A stretch of 64,000 nt of DNA from an uncultured Eubacteriales bacterium. GTDB taxonomy: Bacteria > Bacillota > Clostridia > Oscillospirales > Oscillospiraceae. Where the stretch lies: contig URCK01000001.1 in NCBI GenBank assembly GCA_900546295.1, positions 5,988-69,987 of the forward strand. The letters are read 5' to 3'. Each line of letters starts with the position of its first letter. Position 1 is the first letter of the stretch. The position numbers and the translations under genes were made by a program. This document shows positions 8,040-17,391 of this stretch, in pieces. Below the pieces are notes generated by a model. It was not told the origin of the DNA. It was given only the letters and a program-made list of their open reading frames with translations, and made no database searches.

Positions 8040-10085
8040 TTACAACAACGATTCTATACTTGTTTGCGTTTCTTCATCTGCAGTGACCGGTTCCCCATCC
8101 GGCCCGCCGAACTGAGAGATAAACGCATCCTCGGAAAGCACCGGAACGCCCAGATTCTTCGCCTTCTTCGCCTTTGATGAGCCGGATTCCCCGTCGTTGC
8201 TGACGAGGTACGCCGTCTTCCCCGAGACACTTCCCGCGACCTTTCCGCCCTGTCGCTCAACATAGGCCTTGAAGTCGTCGCGGTTTTTGAAGGTATGCAC
8301 GTCGCCGGTGATGACAAAGGTAAGTCCTTTACATGACCCGTCGCTTATGACTTTTGGCGCAACCTCGTTCACTTGAAGCTCCCGCATCAAGCGCTCGAAG
8401 AGCGCGCGGTTTCCCTCGTCTGCAAACCAGTTCAGAAGCGCGTTCGAACGCTCCACGCCGATGCCGTCCACGTCCTCAAAGCCTTCGCTGCTCTCGATAC
8501 GCGCAAGAAAGCCCTTCGTGCCAAGCGCCGCAATGAGCTTCTTACCCGCGTCCGCGCCGATGTTCGGGATGCAGAGCGCAAAGATGAGGTGCACGGGATC
8601 GACCTTGCGGCTCTTTTCGATGGCCGCCATCAGATTGGCGCAAGACTTTTCGCCAAAGCCCTCAAGCGTGACGATCTCTCCTGCGTGGTCGCTCAGGTGG
8701 TAGAGGTCGGAAAAATCGCGCAGGTAGCCGCGGTTGACGAACTCGTGCAGCGTCTGCACGGAGAGGCCGTCAATATCGAGCCCCGCCTTGCTCGCAAAGC
8801 GGACAAAGCGCTTCAAGTGCTTGGCAGGACAGTTCGCGTCGGTACAGCGCAGCGTCTTCACGCCGCTCACGGGGCTGACGCGCACCTCGGTCACCGCGCC
8901 GCAGACGGGACAGGCCGTCGGGACTTCATAGCTGCCCTCGGCCCTGACGACCGCGATGCACTTCGGGATGATCTTGTTGGCCTTGATGATGCACAGCGTC
9001 GTCTTCCTGTCCGCGCCGATGCCGAGGCGCTCAAGCTCGCTCACGTTGCAAAGAGATGCCCTCGAAACGGTCGTCCCCTCAAGCTGCACGGGGTCGAAGA
9101 CCGCGACGGGCGTGATGGTCGAGGCCGCGCAGGACCATTCGATGTGGTCGAGCACCGTCTCGGCGGAGACGTCCGCCCACTTGTAGGCAAGGCCCGCGCG
9201 CGTGGCGTGGTGCCCCGTCACGCTGCCGGTCGCGGCATAGTCGGTATCGTCATAGGTGATGACAAGACCGTCAACAGGGATGCCCATCTCGCCGGAGTCA
9301 ACCTTTTTCGTCCAGCGTGCGATGGCGTCCGGCAGATGCGCTGCGTCCGTCTCCTCGCGCTCGACGGTCGTAAAGCCCAGCGAATCGAGGTAGTCCATGC
9401 GCGCGCCCCAGGAGCGGAGCTCTTCATCCGTGTGGACGAGCGTGAAGGCGTTGAATGTCACGTTGCGCTCGCGTACCTTGTCGAGATTCGTCTTGTCGAG
9501 CGCCAGCGTACCGGCGGCAAGGTTTCGGGGGTTCGCGTAGCGGTCGTCCGCATCCTCAAGCGTATCATTGATGGCTTCAAAATCCGCGTAGGAGATCGTC
9601 GCCTCGCCGCGCACGACGAGGTGTCCCTTGTCCGCGATCTTCGCGGGAATGGCGCGGATGGCAGCGGCCATATAGGTGATGTTCGTGCCGACCGTGCCGT
9701 TGCCGCGCGTCAGAACGCGCGTGAGTTTCCCGCCGTCGTAGGTCGCAACGAGGGTCGAACCGTCAAGCTTCCATGAAAGCCAGATCGTACGCTCGCCCGC
9801 CCAGTCCTGCAATTCCGCGACCTTTTTCGTCTTGGCGAGCGAGAGCGCGGGATATTCGTGCGCCTCCTTCTCCCCCTCGCCGTCCATTTCGTTCCCGGAA
9901 TGGCTCGTCACCTGCGTGGGGCTGTCGGGCCGGACGTAGCCGGTCTCTTTTTCAAGCGCGGTCAGCTCGTCAAAAAGAGCGTCCCACTCGTAGTTTGTCA
10001 TCTGCTCCTCCTGCCCGCCGTAGTAGGCGTCGGAGGCGGCATTCAGCCGTGTTACGATCTCGTCGATACGAAGGTTTTTGTCCAT
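8040..10085 (-). CDS. ligA: NAD-dependent DNA ligase
   Basis: KLDG adenylation motif, TRGNG, NPRNLAAG, Zn finger CPVC, HhH motifs, C-terminal BRCT. Confidence 0.95.
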   Translation of the reverse strand: MDKNLRIDEIVTRLNAASDAYYGGQEEQMTNYEWDALFDELTALEKETGYVRPDSPTQVTSHSGNEMDGEGEKEAHEYPALSLAKTKKVAELQDWAGERTIWLSWKLDGSTLVATYDGGKLTRVLTRGNGTVGTNITYMAAAIRAIPAKIADKGHLVVRGEATISYADFEAINDTLEDADDRYANPRNLAAGTLALDKTNLDKVRERNVTFNAFTLVHTDEELRSWGARMDYLDSLGFTTVEREETDAAHLPDAIARWTKKVDSGEMGIPVDGLVITYDDTDYAATGSVTGHHATRAGLAYKWADVSAETVLDHIEWSCAASTITPVAVFDPVQLEGTTVSRASLCNVSELERLGIGADRKTTLCIIKANKIIPKCIAVVRAEGSYEVPTACPVCGAVTEVRVSPVSGVKTLRCTDANCPAKHLKRFVRFASKAGLDIDGLSVQTLHEFVNRGYLRDFSDLYHLSDHAGEIVTLEGFGEKSCANLMAAIEKSRKVDPVHLIFALCIPNIGADAGKKLIAALGTKGFLARIESSEGFEDVDGIGVERSNALLNWFADEGNRALFERLMRELQVNEVAPKVISDGSCKGLTFVITGDVHTFKNRDDFKAYVERQGGKVAGSVSGKTAYLVSNDGESGSSKAKKAKNLGVPVLSEDAFISQFGGPDGEPVTADEETQTSIESLL

Positions 10086-10121
10086 AGTGCGTTCCCTCTC
10101 TCATATGCGCGCCGGGCGCGC

Positions 10122-10823
10122 TCAGCCGTTGTTCATGATATAATCTTCCGCATTCTGCTCCATGTCCGCGCCGTTGCTGAAATAAGTGTAATTGTCCGGC
10201 ACAGAGCCGACGATGACCGTCTCGGCCACGGCGTAGGTGTTGCTGAATTTCGTCGTTGTGGAAAATCCGGGCAGCAGGATGCTGACATACACATCCACCA
10301 CAAGATAGATCTGGTGCTTGGTCTGGTTGATGCCGGCCGACGTGAAGGCATTCTCAAAATGCGCGCTCGACGAGCCGACCGACTGCATCCGCACCCGGAT
10401 GAGCGGTCCGCGCCCTGCGAGAAACGGCGAGCCGAGCAGCGTGCCGACCGGGACGGAAAGCTCCTTGGTGGTCACCTCGGAGAGTTTTTCCAGCACCTTG
10501 TCGATGATGGCGGATTGCAGGCGGTTGAACTCCGCCATGTTGCTCTTGACCGCCGTGATGCGCCCTTCATTGTCCTTTTCAAAGGAGATGAGCCGGTCGT
10601 AATCCACGTCGCCGCGGTAGACCGTTTCGTTCACGGCGGCGGTGACGATGCCGTTGACCGTGTTTGACACCCGCGCCGTCGCAAGCGACGTGAGCACGGG
10701 CTTTAGGTGCATCATCGCGACGACGGCAAGCACCAAAAGCGCGAGCAGCAGCAAGATAGCGAGCAGCACCGCGCGCTTTTTGCCCGAAAGCGGACGGCGC
10801 CTTCCCATTTTCATAGGCTCCAC
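10122..10823 (-). CDS. yunB: Sporulation protein YunB
   Basis: N-terminal TM; SAGINQTKHQI and AETVIVGSVP motifs. Confidence 0.9.
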   Translation of the reverse strand: MEPMKMGRRRPLSGKKRAVLLAILLLLALLVLAVVAMMHLKPVLTSLATARVSNTVNGIVTAAVNETVYRGDVDYDRLISFEKDNEGRITAVKSNMAEFNRLQSAIIDKVLEKLSEVTTKELSVPVGTLLGSPFLAGRGPLIRVRMQSVGSSSAHFENAFTSAGINQTKHQIYLVVDVYVSILLPGFSTTTKFSNTYAVAETVIVGSVPDNYTYFSNGADMEQNAEDYIMNNG

Positions 10824-10860
10824 CTCGATTCGGTAAAGCCTATGAAATCAGAGCTTTTCC

Positions 10861-12243
10861 CTATTCGCCCAGCGCCATCACGAGCGCTTTGAAGGCTTTT
10901 CCGCGCTCCATAAAGTTCGCAAAGCGGTCGAAGGCCGCGCACGCGGGCGAGAGCGTCACGATATCGCCCGCTCCGGCGCGCGCGTAAGCGGTCTGCACGC
11001 AGGCGGCAAGATCCTCGCAGCGCACGATCTCGGGGAGGTCCTCCTCGCGCGCGTTCTCGCGCAGCGCCTTTTCGATGGCGTCCGCCGTCGCGCCGCACAA
11101 AATGAGCAGCTTAACGTGCTGCACCACTTCCGGCGCAAGTGGTGCAAAGGAGATATGCTTGTCATATCCGCCCGCAATCAGGATGACCTTTTCATCAAAC
11201 GCGCGCAGCCCCGCGATGGTGCGCGTGGGGCTTGTGGCGATGGAATCGTTGTACCATTTCGCGCCGTGCAGCGTGCGCACATATTCGATGCGGTGCTCCA
11301 CGCCCGCAAAGCTGCGCGCGCTCTCGCGCATCACATCATAGGGCACGATGCCGTCCAGCGCCGTCACGGCAGCAAGATAGTTCTCGACGTTGTGCAGCCC
11401 CGGCAGGCGGATATCCTCTCGGTGCATGACCTCTTCCTCGCGCCCGTCATGGCGCAGAATGATCGCGTCGCCGCGCAGAAACGCACCGTCCGCGACCGCG
11501 CCGCGGCGGCTGAAAAGGCGCGTGTGCGCGCGGGACTTTTCAGAAAGCGCGCGCGTGATGTCGTTGTCCTCGTTAAAGATGGCAATGTCGTCCGCGCTCT
11601 GATGGAGATAGATGTTCTCCTTCGCCTCGATGTACTCCGCCATGTCGCGGTGCATATCGAGGTGGTTCGGCGCAAGGTTGGTCATCACCGCGATGTGCGG
11701 CGAGCGCTTCATGTCGAGCAGCTGGAACGACGAAAGCTCGACGACCGCGATATCACCGCGCTGCATCTTCTCCGCGTCGCACAGCAGCGGATGACCGATG
11801 TTGCCGCCGAGGTAGACCGTCTTCCCTGCCGCGCGCAGCATGTCCGCGATGATGCTCGTCGTGGTGGTCTTGCCGTCGCTGCCCGTCACGCCGATGATCG
11901 TGCAGGGGCAGACCTCGAAAAAGATCTCCATTTCCGACGTCACGACGCTGCCGCGCTTTTTCGCTTCGAGCAGCGCCGGCACATCCGGCCGCATCCCCGG
12001 CGTGCGGAAGATGACGTCCGCGCGCAGATCGTCCAGATAGTGCTCCCCGAGGCAGAGCTTCGCGCCCAGCGCCTCAAGCTGCGCTGCACGCTCGCCGAGC
12101 GCCTCGCGGCCCTTTTTATCGCAGGCGACGACCTGCACGCCGCTGCGGCACAAAAGCTCGATGAGCGGCGTGTTGCTCACGCCGATGCCGAGCACCGCCG
12201 CTGTTTTCCCCTGTAAAGATGCCAAATATTCCTGTATCGTCAT
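10861..12243 (-). CDS. murD: UDP-N-acetylmuramoyl-L-alanine--D-glutamate ligase
   Basis: GSDGKTTT, ELSSFQL, GVEHRIE, NDSIATSP, SPACAAFD. Confidence 0.95.
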   Translation of the reverse strand: MTIQEYLASLQGKTAAVLGIGVSNTPLIELLCRSGVQVVACDKKGREALGERAAQLEALGAKLCLGEHYLDDLRADVIFRTPGMRPDVPALLEAKKRGSVVTSEMEIFFEVCPCTIIGVTGSDGKTTTTSIIADMLRAAGKTVYLGGNIGHPLLCDAEKMQRGDIAVVELSSFQLLDMKRSPHIAVMTNLAPNHLDMHRDMAEYIEAKENIYLHQSADDIAIFNEDNDITRALSEKSRAHTRLFSRRGAVADGAFLRGDAIILRHDGREEEVMHREDIRLPGLHNVENYLAAVTALDGIVPYDVMRESARSFAGVEHRIEYVRTLHGAKWYNDSIATSPTRTIAGLRAFDEKVILIAGGYDKHISFAPLAPEVVQHVKLLILCGATADAIEKALRENAREEDLPEIVRCEDLAACVQTAYARAGAGDIVTLSPACAAFDRFANFMERGKAFKALVMALGE

Positions 12244-12325
12244 AGACGTTCGTCCTTTCATCCGGGCATATGAAAAATCAGTATTAGTATAGTACAGGAA
12301 GCGTAAAATAGCAACGGATTTTCCG

Positions 12326-12354
12326 TTGACAAGCCCCGAGCGATACGCTAAAAT
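12326..12354 (+). promoter_or_regulatory. Sigma-A promoter of rnpB
   Basis: TTGACA-N17-TAAAAT. Confidence 0.8.
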
Positions 12355-12360
12355 AAGTCT

Positions 12361-12777
12361 GCGAGTAAGACAGACAGTCGCGCGGCGAAGCCGAAAGGCT
12401 CGCTGTGAGGAAAGTCCGGGCTCCACAGGGCAAGGATAACGGGTAACGCCCGCCCAGAGCGATCTGAGGAAAAGTGCAACAGAAATAGACTACCTGCACA
12501 CTTTGTCTTTCCGGGTCTGCAACCTCCCTTCCGACGTAACGGAGGGCGGAAGTGCAGGCCGGGAAAGGCAAAGTGCTGCGGGAAAAGGTGGAAAGGTGCG
12601 GTAAGAGCGCACCCGTCGGCTCGAGAGTGTCCGATGCTGTAAACTCTATCCGGAGCAACACCGGTATGGGAGCAATAGGCTTGCCCGGCCGCTCCCGGGG
12701 TGGCTGGAGCGCTGCGGCAACGCGGCGCGTAGATAGATGACTGTCAAATACAGAACCCGGCTTACAGTCTTGCTCGC
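12361..12777 (+). ncRNA. rnpB: RNase P RNA, type A
   Basis: GAGGAAAGTCCGGGCTC, AGTGCAACAGAAA, GGTAAGAGCGCACC, ACAGAACCCGGCTTA; the two ends pair (GCGAGTAAGAC/GTCTTGCTCGC). Confidence 0.97.
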
Positions 12778-12786
12778 GCAAAATAT

Positions 12787-12828
12787 GAGAGGGACGGCGC
12801 AGTTACGCTGTCCCTCTCTTACTTTATT
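12787..12828 (+). terminator. rnpB terminator
   Basis: GAGAGGGACGGCG...CGCTGTCCCTCTC followed by a T-rich tail. Confidence 0.7.
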
Positions 12829-12882
12829 TTGTAAGATGAAAAAAGCGGCGCTTTCGCGCCGCTTTTCTCTATGGTAAAAAAA

Positions 12883-13470
12883 TTATTCGACTTCCTTCTT
12901 GCCGATGCGGATGAGGCGCAGGATCACGGGGCTGAGCACCGCGTTGAACAGCAGCTCAAAGATGAAGTTCGCGCCCACAAGACCAACGATCATGAACTGG
13001 CCGACGTTGGCGCCAAGACCCGCCGCATCTGCCCAAGCGCTGATCGTCTCCATGAAGAACAGCAGGCAGCCGATCAGAAACACACCCGTGTTGACGACCG
13101 GGCAGGCAACGGCGGCAAGCGCCACGGCAAGCGTGCGGTTCTTGTTCTCGATCGCCTTGTAGACAAGGCCGGAAGCAAGACCGGCCAGCGCGCCCTTGGC
13201 AAGCACCGTCAGGATCGTGCCGAGCGCGTTGACGCCGAGGAATGCAGCCGCGTCGCCGCTGAGCAAAACGACCACGCCGAATACAAAGCCGAGCCACGCA
13301 CCCGCGCCCGCGCCGTAGAGAGCGGCGCCGATCACGACCGGCACGAGCACCAGCGAGACGCTGAACGTACCGAACTTGATGAAGCTGCCCAGCAACTGCA
13401 GCACAACGACGATGGCCGTGAACAGGCCAAGACCGACGATCTTCTGCGTGTTGGTGTTTTTCTGGTTCAT
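12883..13470 (-). CDS. ECF transporter S component (PanT-like; substrate uncertain)
   Basis: ~195-aa multi-TM protein with VPVVIGAALYG..AGAWLGFVFG pattern. Confidence 0.8.
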   Translation of the reverse strand: MNQKNTNTQKIVGLGLFTAIVVVLQLLGSFIKFGTFSVSLVLVPVVIGAALYGAGAGAWLGFVFGVVVLLSGDAAAFLGVNALGTILTVLAKGALAGLASGLVYKAIENKNRTLAVALAAVACPVVNTGVFLIGCLLFFMETISAWADAAGLGANVGQFMIVGLVGANFIFELLFNAVLSPVILRLIRIGKKEVE

Positions 13471-13474
13471 AAGG

Positions 13475-13619
13475 TTCTCCTTTCGTAGGCCGCCCGCGTA
13501 TGAAACTGACGGCAGGAGCATACCGCAGGAACTCCCCTTAGCCGTATGCTTGGTTTTTCTGCCGAAAACGGACGCCCGACGTGCCGAGATATGATACCAA
13601 ACTATCGCCGCGATTGCAA
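13475..13619 (-). promoter_or_regulatory. Sigma-A promoter plus ~115 nt structured leader of the S-component gene
   Basis: TTGCAA-N17-TATCAT; nested helices GGCAG/CTGCC and AGCATAC/GTATGCT. Confidence 0.5.
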
Positions 13620-13708
13620 GCCTAATATTCATCCTTTTTCATTGGATAATAAAACAAAAAGTGGGACTTGCCAGTTATACCGGCAAGTCCCGCTTCATGT
13701 TTATCCAC

Positions 13709-14443
13709 TTATTCCTGGTCCCAGTTGTGGTAGGTGTTCTGGACGTCCTCGTTATCCTCGAGCATATCGAGGAGCTTTTCCATGTTCTTGATGTCCTCGT
13801 CGCTCTCGAGCTTGACGTAGGTCTGCGGGACAAGGCTGATGTCTGCGCTGACGAAGGCATAATTCTTCTCCTCGAGCGCCTTAACAACATCGTTAAAGGC
13901 GTCAGGATCGGTCGTGATCTCGAAAACGTCGTCCTCGGCGTTGAAATCATCGGCACCGGCGTCGAGCGCGTCCATCATGACGGCGTCCTCGTCGTAGTCT
14001 CCGTCCTCGTTGTCGATGATGATCACGCCCTTGCGATCAAACGACCAGCTCACGCAGCCCTGCGCGCCCATACCCTTGCCATACTTATCGAAATAGTGGC
14101 GGACCTCCGGCGCGGTGCGCTGGCGGTTGTCGGTCAGCGCCTCGACGATGACGGCAACGCCGCCGGGGCCGTAGCCCTCATAGGTGACGGACTCGTAGTT
14201 GTCGGTGTTGCCCGAGCCGAGCGCCTTGTCGATGGTGCGCTTGATGTTGTCGTTGGGCATATTCGCAGCCTTGGCCTTGGCCACAACGGTCGCAAGACGG
14301 GAGTTGTTATTGGGGTCGCCCGAGCCGCCCTGCTTGACAGCAACGATGATCTCCTTGGCGATCTTGGTGAACGCGGCGCTGCGCTTGGCGTCCGCCGCGC
14401 CCTTCGTCTTTTGGATATTGTGCCACTTGGAATGTCCGGACAT
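13709..14443 (-). CDS. yebC: YebC/PmpR family protein
   Basis: MSGHSKWHNI, YEGYGPGG motifs. Confidence 0.95.
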   Translation of the reverse strand: MSGHSKWHNIQKTKGAADAKRSAAFTKIAKEIIVAVKQGGSGDPNNNSRLATVVAKAKAANMPNDNIKRTIDKALGSGNTDNYESVTYEGYGPGGVAVIVEALTDNRQRTAPEVRHYFDKYGKGMGAQGCVSWSFDRKGVIIIDNEDGDYDEDAVMMDALDAGADDFNAEDDVFEITTDPDAFNDVVKALEEKNYAFVSADISLVPQTYVKLESDEDIKNMEKLLDMLEDNEDVQNTYHNWDQE

Positions 14444-14455
14444 AGTGATTTCTCC

Positions 14456-15235
14456 TTACAGATAATATTGGATGACATCGCGGTGCGAGGTCGAAATGAT
14501 GGTTTGAACCTCCGGGAAGTGCGCTTTGAGATGTGCTGCGATCGCCGGGCAGACGACGTTCTCCGTCGGAAAATGACCCGCGTCGATCAGGTTGAGCCCC
14601 TGCGTATCGAGAAAATCGTTGTAGCGCAGGTCGCTCGTTACAAAGGTGTCGCAGCCCTGTGCGATAGCCTGCGGGATATACTCTCCGCACGCGCCGCCGC
14701 CCACGGCCACACGATGCACCCGCCCGCTGCCGCTTCGGTAGCGCAGGCCGCCACATCCTAATAATTCTATCACATCCCGCAGGAACTCTTCAAGCCCCTT
14801 TTCGCAGGAAAGTGTGCCAATTCGGCCGATTTTTTCGTCGTTGAGCAAAAAAACATTGTTCAGGCCGAGTTTATTGGCAAGACAGTCGTTCACGCCGCCG
14901 TCCGCAGCGTCCAGATTCGTGTGCATACAAATGGCGGAAACGTCGTTTTTGACGAGCATCGTCAAAAGACCGCCGAGGCGCGTGTCGCTGCGCAGGGTCT
15001 GCATCTCGCGCTCATGCCAGCGCACATTCATCACCGGATGGTGCGACACGATGAGCTGTGCGCCGAGGTCGACGGCCTCTCGCGCCACGCGCTCGGTGAT
15101 ATCGAGCGCGACGAGCACGCGCGTGACCTCCCGCTCAGGGTCGCCGACGAGGTGACCGACGTTGTCCCAGTCCATCGCGCTCTCGCGCGGCGCCCAGGAA
15201 AAAAGGCTCTGTTCGATCTCATGTACCGTTGCCAC
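14456..15235 (-). CDS. Nif3-like dinuclear metal center protein
   Basis: WDNVG, SHHP, HTNLD, DAGHFPTE; GTG start overlaps the trmK end. Confidence 0.9.
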   Translation of the reverse strand: MATVHEIEQSLFSWAPRESAMDWDNVGHLVGDPEREVTRVLVALDITERVAREAVDLGAQLIVSHHPVMNVRWHEREMQTLRSDTRLGGLLTMLVKNDVSAICMHTNLDAADGGVNDCLANKLGLNNVFLLNDEKIGRIGTLSCEKGLEEFLRDVIELLGCGGLRYRSGSGRVHRVAVGGGACGEYIPQAIAQGCDTFVTSDLRYNDFLDTQGLNLIDAGHFPTENVVCPAIAAHLKAHFPEVQTIISTSHRDVIQYYL

Positions 15236-15935
15236 GTGTCCACTCCCTTTCTCTTCTCTCCAGCTCCTCGATGAGCTGCTGCAAATGCGCGATGCGCGCA
15301 TCCCTGTCTAAAAGCGATGAGACCGCAAGCCCCTGCGCGGCCCGACGGAGCTTTGCAAGGTGTTGCGCGAGGTATTCACCGTAGAGCGGGTCATCGCCCA
15401 GCAGAAAGCCCGCGAGCGCGTCCGCCTCGCTCAGACTGCGCTCCTCCCCGCCGGTCACGCGAAAGACGACATAGAGCTGCTCTTTGTCGCGCACGAGCTT
15501 TTCTTCGAGAAAACGGTAGCCGCTCTCGCAGAGCCAGCGGCGCAGCAGATCCACCTTCGTCTGCGGCTGTAGGATGAGCGTGTGCGCGCCGTCGCGCGTC
15601 CAAGGCGCGGCCTCCAGGATACCGAGGATCGTCTCCCCACCCATGCCGGTGATCGCAACCGTGTCGCACTCGTCCGCGCGGATGAAGGCGAGACCGGGGC
15701 AAAGGCGAAAATCGATCTTCTCCGTCACGCCGTATTCTCCTGCCGTCGCGCGCGCATGGTCGAGCGGAAGGGCGTTGATATCCGAGGCGATGGCGCGCTC
15801 GATCGTCCCCTCCTGCAAGAGGTACACCGGCAGGTATCCGTGGTCGGTGCCAACATCGGCAAGGCGCGCGCCCTTTTGCACGAGGGACGCGATGCACTGC
15901 AAACGCGGCTGAAGCTGCAATCGTTCGTTTTTCAC
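15219..15935 (-). CDS. trmK: tRNA (adenine22-N1)-methyltransferase
   Basis: ADVGTDHGYLP, GMGGETI, LILQP; typical trmK-nif3 pair. Confidence 0.9.
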   Translation of the reverse strand: MKNERLQLQPRLQCIASLVQKGARLADVGTDHGYLPVYLLQEGTIERAIASDINALPLDHARATAGEYGVTEKIDFRLCPGLAFIRADECDTVAITGMGGETILGILEAAPWTRDGAHTLILQPQTKVDLLRRWLCESGYRFLEEKLVRDKEQLYVVFRVTGGEERSLSEADALAGFLLGDDPLYGEYLAQHLAKLRRAAQGLAVSSLLDRDARIAHLQQLIEELERREREWTRGNGT

Positions 15936-15998
15936 TGCCCTTCTCCTTTCCTTCGACCGAATAAGACGCATACGGGAAAGCCCGTATGCGTCTTTTCC

Positions 15999-16211
15999 TT
16001 ATTGTTCGACGGGCTTGTTGGCCTCTTCGTTGACGAGGGCCAGCAGCTTGTCCACATCGATCCCGTGGACCATGCACGCTTCCTCCACCGTCTCACCGCG
16101 GGAGCTGGGGCAGCCCAGGCAGTGCATTCCGATGGAAAAGAAGATCGGCGCGGTCTGCGGCGCAACATCAAGGATATCCCCGATGATGGTCTCGCGCGTG
16201 ATCTCGATCAT
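15999..16211 (-). CDS. DUF1858 domain protein
   Basis: GMHCLGCPSSRGETVEEACMVHG. Confidence 0.9.
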   Translation of the reverse strand: MIEITRETIIGDILDVAPQTAPIFFSIGMHCLGCPSSRGETVEEACMVHGIDVDKLLALVNEEANKPVEQ

Positions 16212-16360
16212 ATTGATTCACCTCCGTGAAAATCGATGCAGATAGTTTATCCCATTTTTCGCACTTTTTCAATAGGAAATGCGAAAAAAGAAGGATGCGT
16301 ACGGCGAAAAAAGAAAGACGCCCGCGAAGCGGACGTCTTTCGATCAAACGTTTACAAGAA

Positions 16361-16639
16361 TTACTGCTCAGCGCGCATCTTGGCGAAGCACTCGCTGCAG
16401 TAGACCGGACGGTCGGACTTGGGCTCGAAGGGAACCTTGGCCTCGCCGCCGCAAGCTGCGCAGACTGCGGTGAAGTACTCACGGGGACCACGAGCAGCGT
16501 TCTTGCGAGCGTCGCGGCAGGCCTTGCAGCGCTGGGGCTCGTTCTGGAAGCCGCGCTCAGCGTAGAACTCCTGCTCGCCGGCGGTGAACACGAACTCGTT
16601 GCCGCACTCTTTGCAAACTAAAGTCTTGTCTTCGTACAT
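16361..16639 (-). CDS. Zinc-ribbon protein (zf-trcl + CxxC-x17-CxxC)
   Basis: CKECG..FTAGEQEFY..PQRCKAC; CAACG..VPF.P..RPVYCSEC. Confidence 0.9.
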   Translation of the reverse strand: MYEDKTLVCKECGNEFVFTAGEQEFYAERGFQNEPQRCKACRDARKNAARGPREYFTAVCAACGGEAKVPFEPKSDRPVYCSECFAKMRAEQ

Positions 16640-16679
16640 GATTTTACCCTCTCTTTGAATCAGAAAAAAATATATGCGT

Positions 16680-17324
16680 TCAGCGTTTGCTGATATCGCC
16701 GGAGATGATGTGCCGCGCGGCCTTTCGGCGCACGCGCTGCACGGCGTTGTCCACCGACTTCGGGGACTTACCCACGGCCTTTGCGATCTCGTGACAGGAA
16801 AGGCCTTCCAAATAGTACCCTAAGATCTTCGCCTCGAACTCGGACAACTGCTTGCGGGTACTTTCAAGAAGACTTTCCACGTAGTCCCGCTCTGCAATAA
16901 GAAGCTCGGGATCAGTGTGGCTGGGGTCCAAAGTACCGGGGGTGTAAGAAGTACTGTCAAAGAAAGGGGTATCAAGGGATATGGATTCGTTCAGCGGATA
17001 ATGCTTGCCGCGGGAAGCGGCACGGAGTGCGGAGAACAGGCGGTTGCGGATACAGGTATCCGCAAAGGTGCGAAACGACGCTGCCTTGCCCGGTCGGTAC
17101 TCCCGTATCGCCTGAATGAGACCGAACATGCCCTCCTGGATCAAATCCTCCCCATCGCCTCCGACGAGGAAAAGAGGACGCGCGCAGGCGCGCACCGTTC
17201 CGTAGTAGCGAGTGACAAGAAGCTCTTCGGCTCCCCTGTCTCCGCCGGCTGCCATCGTGCACAGCGCCTCGTCCGTGCAGCCTTCCAGACCCGGATGGCG
17301 GCTCTCATTCTGATGATATTGCAT
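16680..17324 (-). CDS. sigH: RNA polymerase sigma-H factor
   Basis: EDLIQEGMFGL, SFRTFA, KSVDNAVQRVRRK. Confidence 0.85.
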   Translation of the reverse strand: MQYHQNESRHPGLEGCTDEALCTMAAGGDRGAEELLVTRYYGTVRACARPLFLVGGDGEDLIQEGMFGLIQAIREYRPGKAASFRTFADTCIRNRLFSALRAASRGKHYPLNESISLDTPFFDSTSYTPGTLDPSHTDPELLIAERDYVESLLESTRKQLSEFEAKILGYYLEGLSCHEIAKAVGKSPKSVDNAVQRVRRKAARHIISGDISKR

Positions 17325-17391
17325 ACATTATACCTTCTGCGCTTATGATTTGTCAAGTATTTACGAAAATTTAGTATTTAGTCTAATGGTT

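Noticed and set aside
12284..12781. ORFs overlapping 12.3-12.8 kb
   Set aside because: They overlap the RNase P RNA gene.
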